Part shown: positions 1-12,285 of the stretch, piece after piece
Position numbering within the stretch: position 1 is the stretch's first letter
Layout: each line of letters opens with the position of its first letter
NCBI GenBank assembly: GCA_048772705.1
Contig: JBLWGC010000224.1
Location: 186,001 to 250,000, forward strand
DNA from: Leidyana gryllorum EB-2025a
Taxonomy: Eukaryota > Protista > Apicomplexa
Direction: 5' to 3'
Length of the DNA stretch: 64,000 bases
Made by a program: the position numbers and the translations under genes
The notes under the pieces: model-generated
The model's database searches: none
Told to the model about the DNA's origin: nothing
The model's input: the letters and a program-made list of their open reading frames with translations, nothing else

Positions 1-52
1 AAGAGTGTGATTTCCTTAGGAGGGATGCAAACTTGTTGATATCGGGGCTGCG

Positions 53-2008
53 ATGGCATCAGCGGACTTGAATCAAGCGAGCCCCATCTTGAGTTACAGT
101 CAAGGAGTGTATTTGAGTACATGGAACAACGCTGCTCGAACAGAGATAGCCGATATGAGTGTTCAATTATCTCAGGCGCGTGGTATCTGGAGAGGGTATT
201 TGTTGGGTCAATTGGCAAATGTTAGCAAAGCCGCGTTATGGTGGTCTACGTTTGGTATTTTAGCAGTTGCGATGCTCGAGAGTGATTTGGCATTAGCTGT
301 GACTCGAGCACCATTCAATTTGGCGCTTTTGATCACATCTCCAATGGCGGTGGCGGCCGCTGAGAAATTCAGAATACGACGACTATTGCTCGTTGCAACC
401 ACTGGCAGATTGATAGTGTGGTCCTTCTTTATCCCTCTCACCTGGATTATCGTCCGCAACGTTTTTGCCGACTTGTCAATCTTCTGGGGTCTGATGATCT
501 TTCTGATGTTCTGTGACGGGGTGCAAGTTGCCTTCTCAAACGCCGTGGACATAGACTGTGGAGGTTTAGATTCACTGTCCAATGCCTATGACTTACCTCT
601 CACTGACTTCTTGCGATACCGTTTCACCACTATACATCAACTCGTCTTTGACTCTTCATTCATCTTTCTGACCCCTCCAATCATAATGTTATTCGTCTTT
701 ATTTCAAGACACTTTCAGAGCGCTCCTGCCGCCACCGAATCGCCTCTGCTTCCTAACCACAACCCAACAGACTCCCACAACTGGCTCCACGCCCTCGCAC
801 GACTTATACCCACTCAAATAACAGGCCCAGATCCGAGTGTATTTGTACTCAGTCTGGGCATAGCACTCGTGTTTGGCGTACTCTCCTCTCTGTCACTGTA
901 CTTTTACTCAAAGTATATTCCCCCTCCTCTCCCCCGGCCCACTAATGGACACGCGGCCTCCCTCATCACCGACAACACCAGCGCCGCTACACGCTCGGTG
1001 CGCACAGAGGAGATCGGCTGGCCCTACGAACCGGTTGCCGCCCCTGCCAGCCTCCGGAAAGCTTACAAAGAAAAGCTGTCGGAAGTGGTGGAAGGCTTTC
1101 TCTTTGTCTGGAGAGACAGAGCTCTTAAATGGAGATTAGTCCTCCTCGCGCTCGAAACCGCTCTGGAAGACTCAATGGTCTCTGTCATTATTCCAATGAT
1201 AGGTAAGCCGCACGCCTCCTCTTAATCTCAATTTCTGCTCCCACCAGCCCTCCATGCCATATCGTTCCTCGGCCACACCACTGACCGAACTGTCGCAGCC
1301 CTCATCAGCGCTGTGGCCATCGCGGTCGGAAAACTCGGAGGTGTTCTTGCCGGTGTCTATCTGGCAACCAATTACAGCAATAACGACCAATCTCAAAGGC
1401 CTCCTCGACACCTATTCACTCATGTTCTCTTATCGAGCCTCTCTCTAATTCTTCTCCCTTGGGGATATATCACAGCTGAACGAGCTCTGATGCCAATGAA
1501 ACCCAACACTGCGTTCATACCTTCTCCTTCACCCCTCTTCAGCTGTGGTGCCGTACTAGTCGGTAAGCCCGAATAACCACTTTCGTTCCAATACCCACAC
1601 AGGCGTCTTCCTCTTCTTTGTCTTCTCTACCGCACCCAAAATCGGGTTCGCCAGCTTGATCCAGAGCCGAGTCACACAGGATGATCAGGCCGCTCGTGTA
1701 TTCGGATTTACCGGCATGTTCGTCACCATCACTGACGGCATCATGATCACCGTTATCAACTTGATCTTTTACTTCCCCGGCCGGGACCGCTTCGACCTCG
1801 CCTTATGGCTGGTCTTCGCCTTCTACATGATCCACGCCATCATTGAATGGACTTTAGGTAAGAATCAACACAAGCATTAGTCAAATCAGTTCACCAAATT
1901 CAATCAGGCCCTCGATTAGTTAGACAACAACCCATGATTGACCGATCCTCCTCAGCGCCAACTGGAGCGTCTCCCCATACTGACTCCACATACTGCTCTG
2001 GACCTTAA
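53..2008 (+). CDS. MFS transporter (DHA3/MFS_3-like), 4 exons
   Basis: Multiple hydrophobic helices and the central-loop motif EVVEGFLFVWRDRALK typical of DHA3-type MFS. GT-AG introns 1203-1247, 1563-1602 and ~1858-1907 join the ORFs in frame; stop TAA at 2006-2008. Confidence 0.7.
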
Positions 2009-2441
2009 GCTGCCTTGCGTTTGGTCAACTTTTGGTCACGCAGATTGCGAATGCTCGAATGTAATAAACTTGAACATTCAGTGAAGAACCGGGTGACTTC
2101 TATCATATACTCTCCATAAATGTGCCACCTCTGCCTTACCCTTGTTCTCTGCAACGTTATTGTACAGTCGCTTCGTTTCTGCGAATTGCGAGAGCGACGC
2201 CTTTTTGCTTTGATCACTTTCGCTCATCAATGAATCTAGAGTACGTGTACGTGCCTTCACGTATGCGGCGTATCCCTAGATATTGTCCACCGCATTGACC
2301 AAAAACGCTCGGTATCTCACCTCAATTTCCTTCTCACACGCTCGGGTGCTCGCCCGCTGACTTCCCGCACCTTCGACGACCATGTCTGTAGTACAAACAC
2401 GTGTTTGGGCGCGGGCGCGAACATGAAAAAAACGTGGCTCG

Positions 2442-4773
2442 ATGAGTCTGGACTTCTTCAAAGGCCTGCCAACGCTTATATCGTCGGGCCTCTCCACTGT
2501 CGTAACACAATCGCAATATGCGTACGATAAGACTGCCCTGGAGTCCTGGGGACCGTATGTAAAATGGAAGGTATAAGTCTCTGAATTGATGGATTGGCGA
2601 CTCCTTCACGTTGGTCGGCAGCATGTTCCCGCCAGATTCAAGCAGCAACCGGAACAGGATGTGTCGCTCTTCGTTTTCGATCGAAGTAGTCTCAACGATA
2701 TTCACATCCAGGATCGACTCTTGATCGACGCTATCAGACGCGAGGCGCAAATGTTGCAGCGCCTCCGTCATCCTTCGATCCTGTCTGTAGTATGTCCCTT
2801 CACTGAACTGAAGCAAATGCTTCTGATTGCGGTGAAGCCCATAGTTATGACATTGGACAGTGAGTGTGTTGTACTACCCACCTGAGGCACCCATTATCTT
2901 GCAACAGAACGGATGCAAAGCCATCCGCTCTCAGTTCTGGAAGTCAAATTGGGATTGCTTGACATTGCAGAAGCTTTGGAGTTTCTCCATGAGAGTAGGT
3001 GACCAGAATGATCCAATACTTTCCATGCAACTGGTCAACAGATGCTAATCTGTGTCATCGAAATCTGAGTCCTCACTCAATCTTTGTCGACCAAAAAGGA
3101 AGCTGGTTTCTGGGTGGCCTGGTGAGCGCGCTAGTAACACCTTCATTCGCCGGTTGCAGGGTCTTGCAGTGAGGGTTGTCGACGGTACTGGAGATTGTGA
3201 TCAACCAATAGGAGGGTGAGTTGCCTCCTGCTCATGCTACGTAAAGCTGCTATTCAGGCCGCGGCCTCTAAGCGATGGGACGTATGTCTATCTGGACCCG
3301 CCTGTCAATTACTGTGCCCCCGAACTGACCGAAGGTTACCGAAAGGGTCGGTGTGGCGTGTGGTCGGATGTATTTTCATTCGGGTTGGTGGCGTACGAGG
3401 CTTTGAGTTTAGCGATGGGTCACGCGGACAGTCGCAGTACTGCTCGACTGATGTCCCCGGACACGAGCATTGGAAGTCACTGCACCACTGCAAGTAGTCT
3501 GTCTGCTGTGGTCGAGGCAGACCGTAAACTGCATCCGGAAATCCGAAGTCGGATAGCCGGAATGCTTCGTCGGGATCCGTCGCAGAGAACCCCTTTGTCC
3601 GCGTTACGGGAAAGCGCAGTTTTCTGTGATGTAAGGAGTCGCCAAAGGTTGCCCATATCCTTCCGCATCAGGAGGCCGTTGAGGCTTTGAGATTCATGGA
3701 TCACTTCGCCGAGAAAGATTTAGCCTCCCGACGATCATTCCTTCAGAAGTTGTCGCCCATGTTGGAGACTCGTCCGGACTTCCAACAGGAGTACACCTTG
3801 TTACGCCACCGGGTGCTGCCGGCTCTCTTGGAGCTTCTGACCAGACAGAGTATTACAATCTGGGCTGACGTCTTGAAACCCACCTTTATGATAGTCGAGA
3901 AAGTCAGACTCCGGTGGCCGGGAGTATTTGAACCCGAAGTGTGGCCGAAGATTGTCCCCCTCCTCTCGGCTGAAGAGATATCAATTCCGACCGTTGTCGT
4001 TCTCGTTCGGAATCTGCCTCTGATGCTGACAGAGATCTCGACGGCTGTCAGTGGTGAATATCTGGTGCCCTTCATTCTGAAGTGCTTGAATATCCGGAAT
4101 GCCGACATTCAGAATGCAGTTCTCGACATGCTGCCCACCACCCTACGCTATCTACAAGACAGTCCGCTGAAGAACAGAGTTCTGCCCCACGTCCTCACCC
4201 TGATCAGCAGCGACTCGAGTAGGTGAAACCGCGTAACATTACTACGTCAAATACTGTCAGGCTCTCCGCCGTTCCGAGTTCGTGGACTTGGTACGCTGGC
4301 TAACCTGGCTACCATGTTTGACCGGGAAACTATCATTTCGCTCATAATACCCGCTGTGGCCGCCGCCTGCAGCATCGATCGCAATTCTGAAACCGTCATG
4401 GCGGCTTTCCACTTATTCAAAGCCCTATCTGTTAACCTGGGACCTGAATTGACAATGCAGCATATATTACCCTCCGCTGCACCCCTCCTGGGTGGGTTTA
4501 CTGCTAGGTCTACGATACTTCATTTTGGTTCAGTCAATCCCTTCTTGGACAGTGACGAATTCGAGTCGTGCTATGAGGTGGTCGAGCAGGCCTTATTAAA
4601 GGTGAGTGATCCGCTCAAAGCCAGAAACACACGTGTATGTCGGTGCTCAGCTGCGGTCGATCCGCAAGGGGAGCTCTTCACCGGTGTCTAAGGTGTCAAG
4701 AAGCACTCAGCAGGCCCACAGAGAAGTGCGGACGGCTCAATCTGAGATGCCACCCCTGCTGGACTTCACTTGA
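2442..4773 (+). CDS. SCY1-like (SCYL2-type) pseudokinase with HEAT repeats, multi-exon
   Basis: Spliced sequence WGPYVKWK|HVPARFK..VSLFVFD..REAQMLQRLRHPSIL..HRNLSPHSIFVDQKGSWFLGG..APEL..SDVFSFG, followed by a helical HEAT region (VLPALL, LVPFILKCL). Short GT-AG introns; last exon ends TGA at 4771-4773. Confidence 0.8.
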
Positions 4774-4858
4774 TTGAGGAGCGCGACTTTGAAGGAAAAA
4801 GTCCTGTAAGGCTAGGACAAACTCGGTGGCAACGACGTGAAGACGAATTGAGCACGGA

Positions 4859-6361
4859 ATGTGGGGATATGACTCTTTCTACAAGACACCGGGTGGTGGA
4901 GAGCCTCCCAAAGCCCCGTATTCGTCAGGAGTTCGACTGGAAGAGCTTTGGGATTGGAATCGCTGGAGGGTCACTGTGACCTGTCCTGGGCTAAGTGCCT
5001 ATCTGGAGGCGGTTGACGAGCCCTTTTTGGACGTGTTCGCAAAGTTTAAGGTTGAAACTGAGTTTTACACCGATTATGAAGTCAATTTTTGCTTGAGCAC
5101 TGTCCTGAAACGCCTACTTGGTTACGTGGTAAGAACACTCGATTTTGGCCATGACTGTCTGTGTGTTTAGAATGGATATGATAGCACTTTGGTGAAGATT
5201 TCTCGACGGGTCGGCCAATTTGAGTATTGCTTCAGATATGGAACCCTTTATTTTCATGTGTTGGCGAGTCCCGTTGAGCATGAGGTCCCAGCGAAAACGA
5301 TCTGGGAGCGCTCCGGGGTGATGCCGCCCGAGGAGCTCTGCTCCGAGCATTTTGCCCCCTTGAGTCAGCATCTGATGTCGGCCGGAAGGGGACGACAGCT
5401 GGCTCAGAGGGAGGACGAAAGAAGCTTAAGAAATGAGATGATCCAACTGTTGCGCCGAGTTCAATCAGAGCAGAGACGCGTTTTATTGCTGCGGAATCTG
5501 ACAAATAGAAATTGCAAGAGATATCTGGAAGACCTGATTTGGTCACACCCTGCCCCGCCAGCTCGCAGGGTGCGAGTGCGTCGAATACAAGTGGACAGCA
5601 GCGAGTCAGAGGGCGAAAAGCAGATGGGGGACGGGGTCTCTGAAGGGCGCAGGTCAATGCTGTCTGTGGTTTCGAGCGTCGACAATCCGGGGTCGGTGGC
5701 GGACCATTCTGGTAGACCGAGTTCAGGTCCATCCAGTCCACCAAGTCCACCAAGTCCGCCAGGTGCAGCACAAGTCTCTTCACTGGCTGCGGAGATAAAA
5801 GTTGCCCTTACCAGACTGATTGTGCCGCCCCCGGAGGAGCTCCGGTCGCCAGCACGACCAGCGATTATTAACGCAGAGCAGCAAGATGATGATCCGGGAG
5901 CCCCAGTCGCAGAGCAGAGCCAAGCCGGGGAAACAACTCTGCCCTCGAGTGAAAGTTCTGCCCAAGCGGCTGTGAATATTGCAGACAGCGACGATCTTGA
6001 GTGGGTGGTGCCCCACCGCACTTCGACCGTGAGAGACGTACTGATTGAGGTGCCAGGCTCATACCGTCGACTCCCACCACATCGTCACAGAAGGGAGCAG
6101 CACGGCGGCGGCACGCGGAGACCTGCGCATCTTACTACCTCTGCTGCCCGGCGAGCGAGACGCCGACGGCGGTTGCGACAACAAGAACGGCGGCGACACA
6201 GAAGATTACCGGACGATCGGTGGGGCGGGCCGAACTTTCCACCTCCGCCATCGTCGGCCGGAGGCGGAGGCGGGACGGGAGGCGGAGGTGGGAGTTCGGG
6301 GGCTGGTGGGGGGGGTGGGATGTCTGGGGGTCGTCGATTGCTCACTGTAGGATGTCTCTAG
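4859..6361 (+). CDS. Hypothetical protein, 2 exons; C-terminal Pro/Arg/Gly-rich low-complexity tail
   Basis: ORF 4859 (ATG) joins the ORF 5189..6361 frame through a 42-nt GTAAGA..TTTAG intron (5129-5170). No family recognised. Confidence 0.55.
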
Positions 6362-6891
6362 CCGTCATAAAGTTGCATGGATATATATTAGTTGTTTGGG
6401 GAATTAGCTCACATGTGCAGCAAGGTCGGAGACTTGTAGAGGCGCGTCAGCTTTGTCAAAGAGGCTATCATGATGCAGTGAGTATATTTAGAGACTCCAC
6501 ACCGACGCCCGCAGGCTCATCAGCTCTGTGAAGCGTCGAATGGTGAGGATTTGCCCAACCACGTCAATCTTTCCGGAAGGGGCAGAGCAGCCGAGAAGGG
6601 CATCATGCAAGCCAGCCGGACCATGCTCATGTAGCAACGCCCACGGCTCAACAGACCTTCTCTACACGACCCAGTTTTATCCCTCTTAACTCTTCTTCTG
6701 GTAAACATCATCGTCGTTCATGCCTTGCAACTAACCTCTACCCATGTCAAGGACACGAAGGGTCCGAGGACCCCTCTTCCCCGTCTAATCCCATCCAAGC
6801 ATCACAACCCCCGCCGCAGCCGCAACAAAGTCGGGGACGTGCGTCCATCCGTAGCTCGCAATCCGCTCCCCGACCGGCCTCGTCGGCTCCA

Positions 6892-9442
6892 ATGCTGCAA
6901 GCAAGTTCCAGCGACAACGTGTGGAGCAGCACCAGCGGATCCGCCCCCCCTGCCCCAACTGGCGGACCGGCCAGGTCAAACTCGGCTCAATCAGCCCGTA
7001 ATGCCAGCAAGCTAAAAGCGCCACAATGGGGGGGGAATGGGGACACTCCCCAGTCATCGGCCATCTGTAAGCTCTATTGCCTCGTTCCAACCAGTACTCC
7101 CCATTTGTTGACCGCACACCAGACTTGCTACAGCAAGATAGTTTCGGCGCAATTGTCAAATCCTGTAAGTCTACTGTCCCAACGCCACCCGCCCACTCGC
7201 TGCTGCGTCTCTAGGCGATGTGGCCAAGCCAAGTGAGGAGTTGCGGCCGTCATCTTCACCTTTTGGATCTTCTTCGCCTTCCAAGAAGACCTCGGAGTGT
7301 CAAGGATTGCTGGTGCGGAAAGCTTCACCCGACGCTTTTGCCCAAGAACTACACCTGCGAGGTATTCCCTAACCTAATTTCCCCCACCAAAGACGCCTCT
7401 CTCCCCTTATCACGCTGACCAACAAGATCATAGTATCCCACATACAATGCATCCAGCCTTTTATGCCCACCATCCCCCCCCGCTTCTGGGGCAACTTCAC
7501 TTTCGACTGCTTCAGAGGTGCCAAATCATGAAGTTTTGGAAGTTCTGCGTCGAAAACTCAACCTCTGCGCTTCGGTTATCTTCGACTTCAAGCCGAATAG
7601 CGCCGACTTGTGGCTTGACGCCAAAGAGGCCAAGAAAGCGACTCTGAATGAAATCCTGGACTTCGTGACCAACAGTGACAGACGATCTGTTCACCTCGAA
7701 CAGGTTGTGGAGGAGCTTATTGAGATGGTGAGCAATCACCACGAGTCGTGTGTGGTCTGTTCGTACTTGTGTGTGCCCGTGTGCTGTGCCGGAGACGGAG
7801 ACGTATGCCATCTCTTGCCACCGGCACCGTCCGACACTTACATCCATGCCTGTATATACTTCATCTTGACGTAAAGTCACTCGCGACCTTTATTGGTGGA
7901 ATCAAGATCCACGCCCACTGTTCAGATTTCTGCCAATATATTTCGACCGCTTCCACCGTCCACAAGCGCCACCTCTTCGATGTTACTGAACGATCCCGAA
8001 GAGTTGGAACCGATCTTGGAGGTTTCGTGGCCCCACTTGTCCCTGGTGTATGAGATCCTCCTGAAGTTTGTCATGTCAACCGAAGTGAATCCGAAGACCA
8101 CCAAGAAATATATTGACCACGCTTTCGTATTGAAAGTGAGTGGGTTTGTAGAAAGTAAATTGAGCTGTTTGTTCAGTTGTTGGAACTGTTCGCGTCGGAG
8201 GACCCGCGCGAACGTGACTACTTGAAAACGATCATGCATCGAGTGTACGGGAAGATCATGGCTTTACGAGCGTTCATACGGAAGGCTATTCAGCATGTCT
8301 TCTTCCGCTATGTGCATGAGGACGATAGCCAACATGGTGTGTCGGAGTTACTTGAGATTTTGGGTTCGATCATCAACGGCTTCGCTCAACCATTGAAAGA
8401 GGAGCACAAACTTTTCCTGAAGCGGTCGATGATTCCTCTCCACAAGTCGCGGCATTTGGTTTCATATCATCAGCAGCTCACCTACTGTATGACTCAGTGA
8501 GTGCCGGCCTGAGTCTGACGGATCGAGTGCATTTGTAATCAGATATATCGAGAAGGACAACAAATTGGTTGAACCAATTATCAAAGGGCTCCTGCGTTAC
8601 TGGCCTGTCACTAACACACCAAAGGAAGTCCTCTTCCTGAATGAGGTCGAGGAGGTGGGTGGAAAGTCCTAGCGTTATGTCCTCCTTGTGCTGCTTTACT
8701 GCGCATCATCCTGGGAGATACACACACATATACACACTCATTCCAGATACTGGAGCTAACTCCACCACCGGAGTTCGTAAAGATCATGGAACCTCTGTTC
8801 CAACGTATGGCCATGTGTATCCAGAGCCCTCATTTCCAGGTGAGCCGGGAGGTGTCTGATTGGTTGTTGTTGGCGTGCGTTTGTGTGTAGGGGGCCGGCC
8901 GCGCGCGTGTCTCCTTGTGTGCTCCGGGTGGGTAGTGGTCATCTCACGGTTTTGTGATTGAGCAGGTGTCGGAGCGAGTGCTCTTTCTGTGGAACAATAC
9001 GCGCATAGTGAAGCTGATCAACGCGAACAAAGAGGTACGACTTGATGGGTGCGGGGGATTGCGTATGCTTTGATGACGCGCAGCAATTATTCCCCATTGT
9101 GATTGGAGCCCTCTATAAGAATACCAAAGATCACTGGAACGTGTAAGACTTTGAGGGCGTTTGTTCCGACTTGACTGACGGCTGGTTGCAGAACGGTACA
9201 CGGGCTGACGTTCAATGTTTGTAAGCTCTTGGCTGAGGCGGATCCTCACTTATTTGATCATGTGAATGATGAAAATCTGAAGAATCAAGAGAGGTGGGTT
9301 CCGACGATTGGCGAGTTCCGTGTTTCAAGTGATGTTGTTGCCTGTGTGTGTTCTCAGAAAGCGAAAGGAGCGAGAGAGGAGGCGGCTCATGTGGCAGACA
9401 TTGAAGCGCACCTCCGAAGAAGGTGGTGCGGTGCAACGATGA
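6892..9442 (+). CDS. PPP2R5: Protein phosphatase 2A regulatory subunit B' (B56), multi-exon
   Basis: Diagnostic B56 motifs: [116 protein letters not shown]. The 5' start is tentative. Confidence 0.93.
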
Positions 9443-9568
9443 AAATGATAACTACTTTTTGCCGTCCATCCATCCGTCTATCCATCCCTCATCTGCCATC
9501 ACTCACCATCGAGGAGCTGCTGTTCTTGTGTGTTCTTTCTCATCCACCAAGAGAGGCGGCTTTCTCAA

Positions 9569-10537
9569 CTATATTTGTGGGCTCGGTAGTTGCACGGATA
9601 CGGGAGTTGCCGTTGTGTTAGTGTTGGTCCTGGGAGTGGGTGGAGAGGAAGAGGAAGCAGCTTCGGCGGGCGGCAAAGTACTGCTGCCGCTACCTCGTTT
9701 GACAGGGACGGACCCCGTCAGGTTCTGTATGGAGGAAAGATGATCCTTGACCGCTTGTTCCCTCTTCAGCATGTCGCCCTCCTCTTCATCCAACTCGGCT
9801 TCCACCCGCTCCAACTCCGCCTCCGCCTCTTCTAACTTGGCAAAGAAGGTCGCAATGGCGTTCAGTTGGCCTTGCACGCGGGCGAGCTCCTGTTGTGATT
9901 GAATATTGAGAAACACATCATCACAACTCGAGTGAGTGGGTAACGGGGGCGCCCGCCGGATTCAGACAGATCGCCCACCGACATACAGAGAGGGAGAAAG
10001 TGAGGGAAACAGAGGGAAACAGAGTGAGAACAGACTGCTCGCGAACAAACAATCCGTCCATTCATTCCTCCATCCCCGGCCGTCCGACCATTGCTCCACG
10101 CCAGGCCGTCCAACCATTGCTCCACGCCAGGCCGTTCATATGCATAGAGCGAGCAGCACTTACCTCCTCAGCCTTTGTCTTATCCGCCAGGAGTTCGCTT
10201 CGGCTTTCTTCGAGCTACGATCCAAAGTATGAGGGCGGTGTGTTACCGGTAGAACCGAATTGAAGGGACAGTCGCGGACATATCTCACCTTCTTCCGACG
10301 TTTTTGATGCTGGGGAGGAGGACTGAGTTTGCAGAAGAGAAGAGGCAGCTCACTATGATGCGTTGCTTAGCATTCTGAGCTCTGCGCTGGCGACAACGCA
10401 CTACCCAGGCTTCCGTGGAGTCCAAGGCATGCTTGATTTTGATCTCCACAGCTTCCGACTCACCCTTCCGCACCTCTAACTACAACATGACAGGACAGTT
10501 GCAGTCACACGCGCTCACGGGTACAACACCAAGCCAT
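9569..10537 (-). CDS. Hypothetical basic-region plus coiled-coil protein, multi-exon
   Basis: Assembled exons read MAWCCT|QVRKGESE..RCRQRRAQNAKQRII|HQKRRKK|LEESRSELLADKTKAEE|ELARVQGQLNAIATFFAKLEEAEAELERVEAEL, with GT-AG boundaries. Confidence 0.5.
10078..10135. repeat. 26-bp tandem repeat x2 plus a partial copy (ggccgtcc[g/a]accattgctccacgcca), intronic
   Basis: Directly visible; one mismatch between copies. Confidence 0.85.
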
Positions 10538-10642
10538 GAATTCAAAATTGCTTCCAGCTTTTTAGTCAGAGAGATTCAGAGAGGGGAGAGGGAGACGACC
10601 TATCTGTAGAGAGTGTATATATGGAGTGAGGCATGAGTCGTT

Positions 10643-12189
10643 CTAAAGGATACTGTCTCGCACAAATGGTCCCGCCGTGGACCATAATGTGTCGTACTCT
10701 GGTGCCACAAAATGGTCTGACTGAGACCCAAAGAGCCCCGCTGACTGAGAAAGTGCGTCTTGACTAGTGTCGTACGGCGTGGGGGCCGTGTCGTAATACT
10801 GAGAGGAACCCCAGCTACTCCCGGCAGCTGGCGGAGCCGCAGCATATGGGGCTTCTGCCGGCGGCGGAATCCAATCGGGAGCTGCCCCCCCCACTTCAGG
10901 AACCGTCGCTGCCTGTGGAGACGGACGCTTTACAACCTGGGTCGTTTTCATTACTCGATCTCGTGGTGTGAGCCGAGATCGGTTATCCGGCACCGCCTTG
11001 GGCGAGGCCTGACGTCTCGCCCCCTGCCGCGCTTGCTTCCCATTCCGAGATTCAACGAACCGTCGCGAGATGTCCAACGCCTTCGTCCACAGGTTACAGA
11101 TCTACAACACCGCTAAACACCAGGAAGGAGGGGGAGTGACTAACATTCACACACACACACACACTTGCGAACACACACCTCAGTGGCACAAGTCCCCACA
11201 TCCACACAGGAGTCTCACCCATCTTCCACACACACACCGTTACATAGTCGCACACAGGTCCACACAGCGTGAGAGGTTGTGTGTTCACACGACCTGCCAC
11301 AGTGGCACAGACGACCCACACGACCCATCAGGTCACACACACACACACACTTAAGATATTGATGTCAGAGGGAGACACACAAGTCGGAGACGGGGACTGG
11401 TGGATGCGAGACACACACACACAGTAGGAGACACACACACACATGTGCACAGGACGGCGGGCAGATGGCGAGTGTCTGGCTGTCTGATGTGTGAGAGAGA
11501 GCAAAGACAATGCGGGTGAGTGAGTGCGTGCAGGAGGCAGACACGGCATGATGGTAGTGGGTGGTGTACCGACCAAGGCAATTTTCAGGAGCTGTGGTAT
11601 GGTAGCACAGCGTAGCTTGGCAATATCGTTGACTCTGTTGAGTGAAAGAGATTGGAGTGGGGGTCGAGTGAGCCAGATTCGGCTCACCGTTCCCTTAGCT
11701 CTGGTTTATCTTTTATGGCGGCTCGAATAGCCGCCTTGAGCTCCATTCTCCCCTTTTCGCCGAGGGGGACTCGGTGGAATGCCTCGACATTATTAGGTGT
11801 CTCCGGTTTAGTTGCAGCCGACGGGGGAGGGGTGCCACCTATGCTGCTTGTCTAGAGAGAGAGAGAGAGGGCGAGCGCGCCGCGCACTTACTCTGCGGTG
11901 TCGCTGGGTCAAGCTGGTGATAGCAATAGGTGGCTGTGGGCTGGTTCTCGGAGTTCGCAGCGGTAGGAATATATTCGTGGGGCTTCGGGGGTGAGCCCGG
12001 TTTGAGACAAGAGGCATTGGTGGGAGTAGAGTAAGTAGGAGCAGTTGACGAAGCGTCGTAGGGTGTCCACTGGGTGAATGGGGCGGAAGAGGAAGTAGTC
12101 TCCGCGGGAGGTGGAGTTTCGCTCGACCCGGAGCCGCCGGCTGGGTAACCTTCGGCAAAGAGTCCCCAGCCATTTTGGTGTGGATACAT
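10643..12189 (-). CDS. HDP1-like homeo-like-domain DNA-binding protein, 4 exons
   Basis: Spliced domain RVPLGEKGRMELKAAIRAAIKDKPELRER|VNDIAKLRCATIPQLLKIAL|ICNLWTKALDISRRF resembles my recollection of the Plasmodium HDP1 domain (LGEKGR...VRRAT...CGLW). Introns ~11839-11891, 11635-11687 and 11102-11573; Pro/Tyr/Ser-rich flanks. Confidence 0.7.
11102..11573. repeat. (CA)n/(GT)n-rich 472-nt intron with several microsatellite runs
   Basis: Runs of acacacacac at ~11148-11164, ~11335-11351 and ~11411-11443. Confidence 0.8.
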
Positions 12190-12285
12190 AATCTGCTCTA
12201 CCAACTGGGAGAAGAATCAACAAGACTTATGTTGTACATGAAGTGCCGAGAAGGGAGGTGCTAGACTATTCAAATTTTTTCCTCC

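Noticed and set aside
2442-9442. Fragmented kinase and B56 ORFs read as frameshifted pseudogenes or stop-codon reassignment
   Set aside because: Breaks coincide with short GT-AG introns that restore conserved motifs; the standard code works.
10078-10135. 26-bp direct repeat as a CRISPR-like array
   Set aside because: Only two adjacent copies, no spacers, intronic, eukaryotic context, no cas genes.
11094-11687. Cys/Val- or His/Thr-rich ORFs (CVCVCV, HTHTHT)
   Set aside because: Translations of (CA)n microsatellites in an intron; the same applies at 30464-30493 and ~15130-15150.
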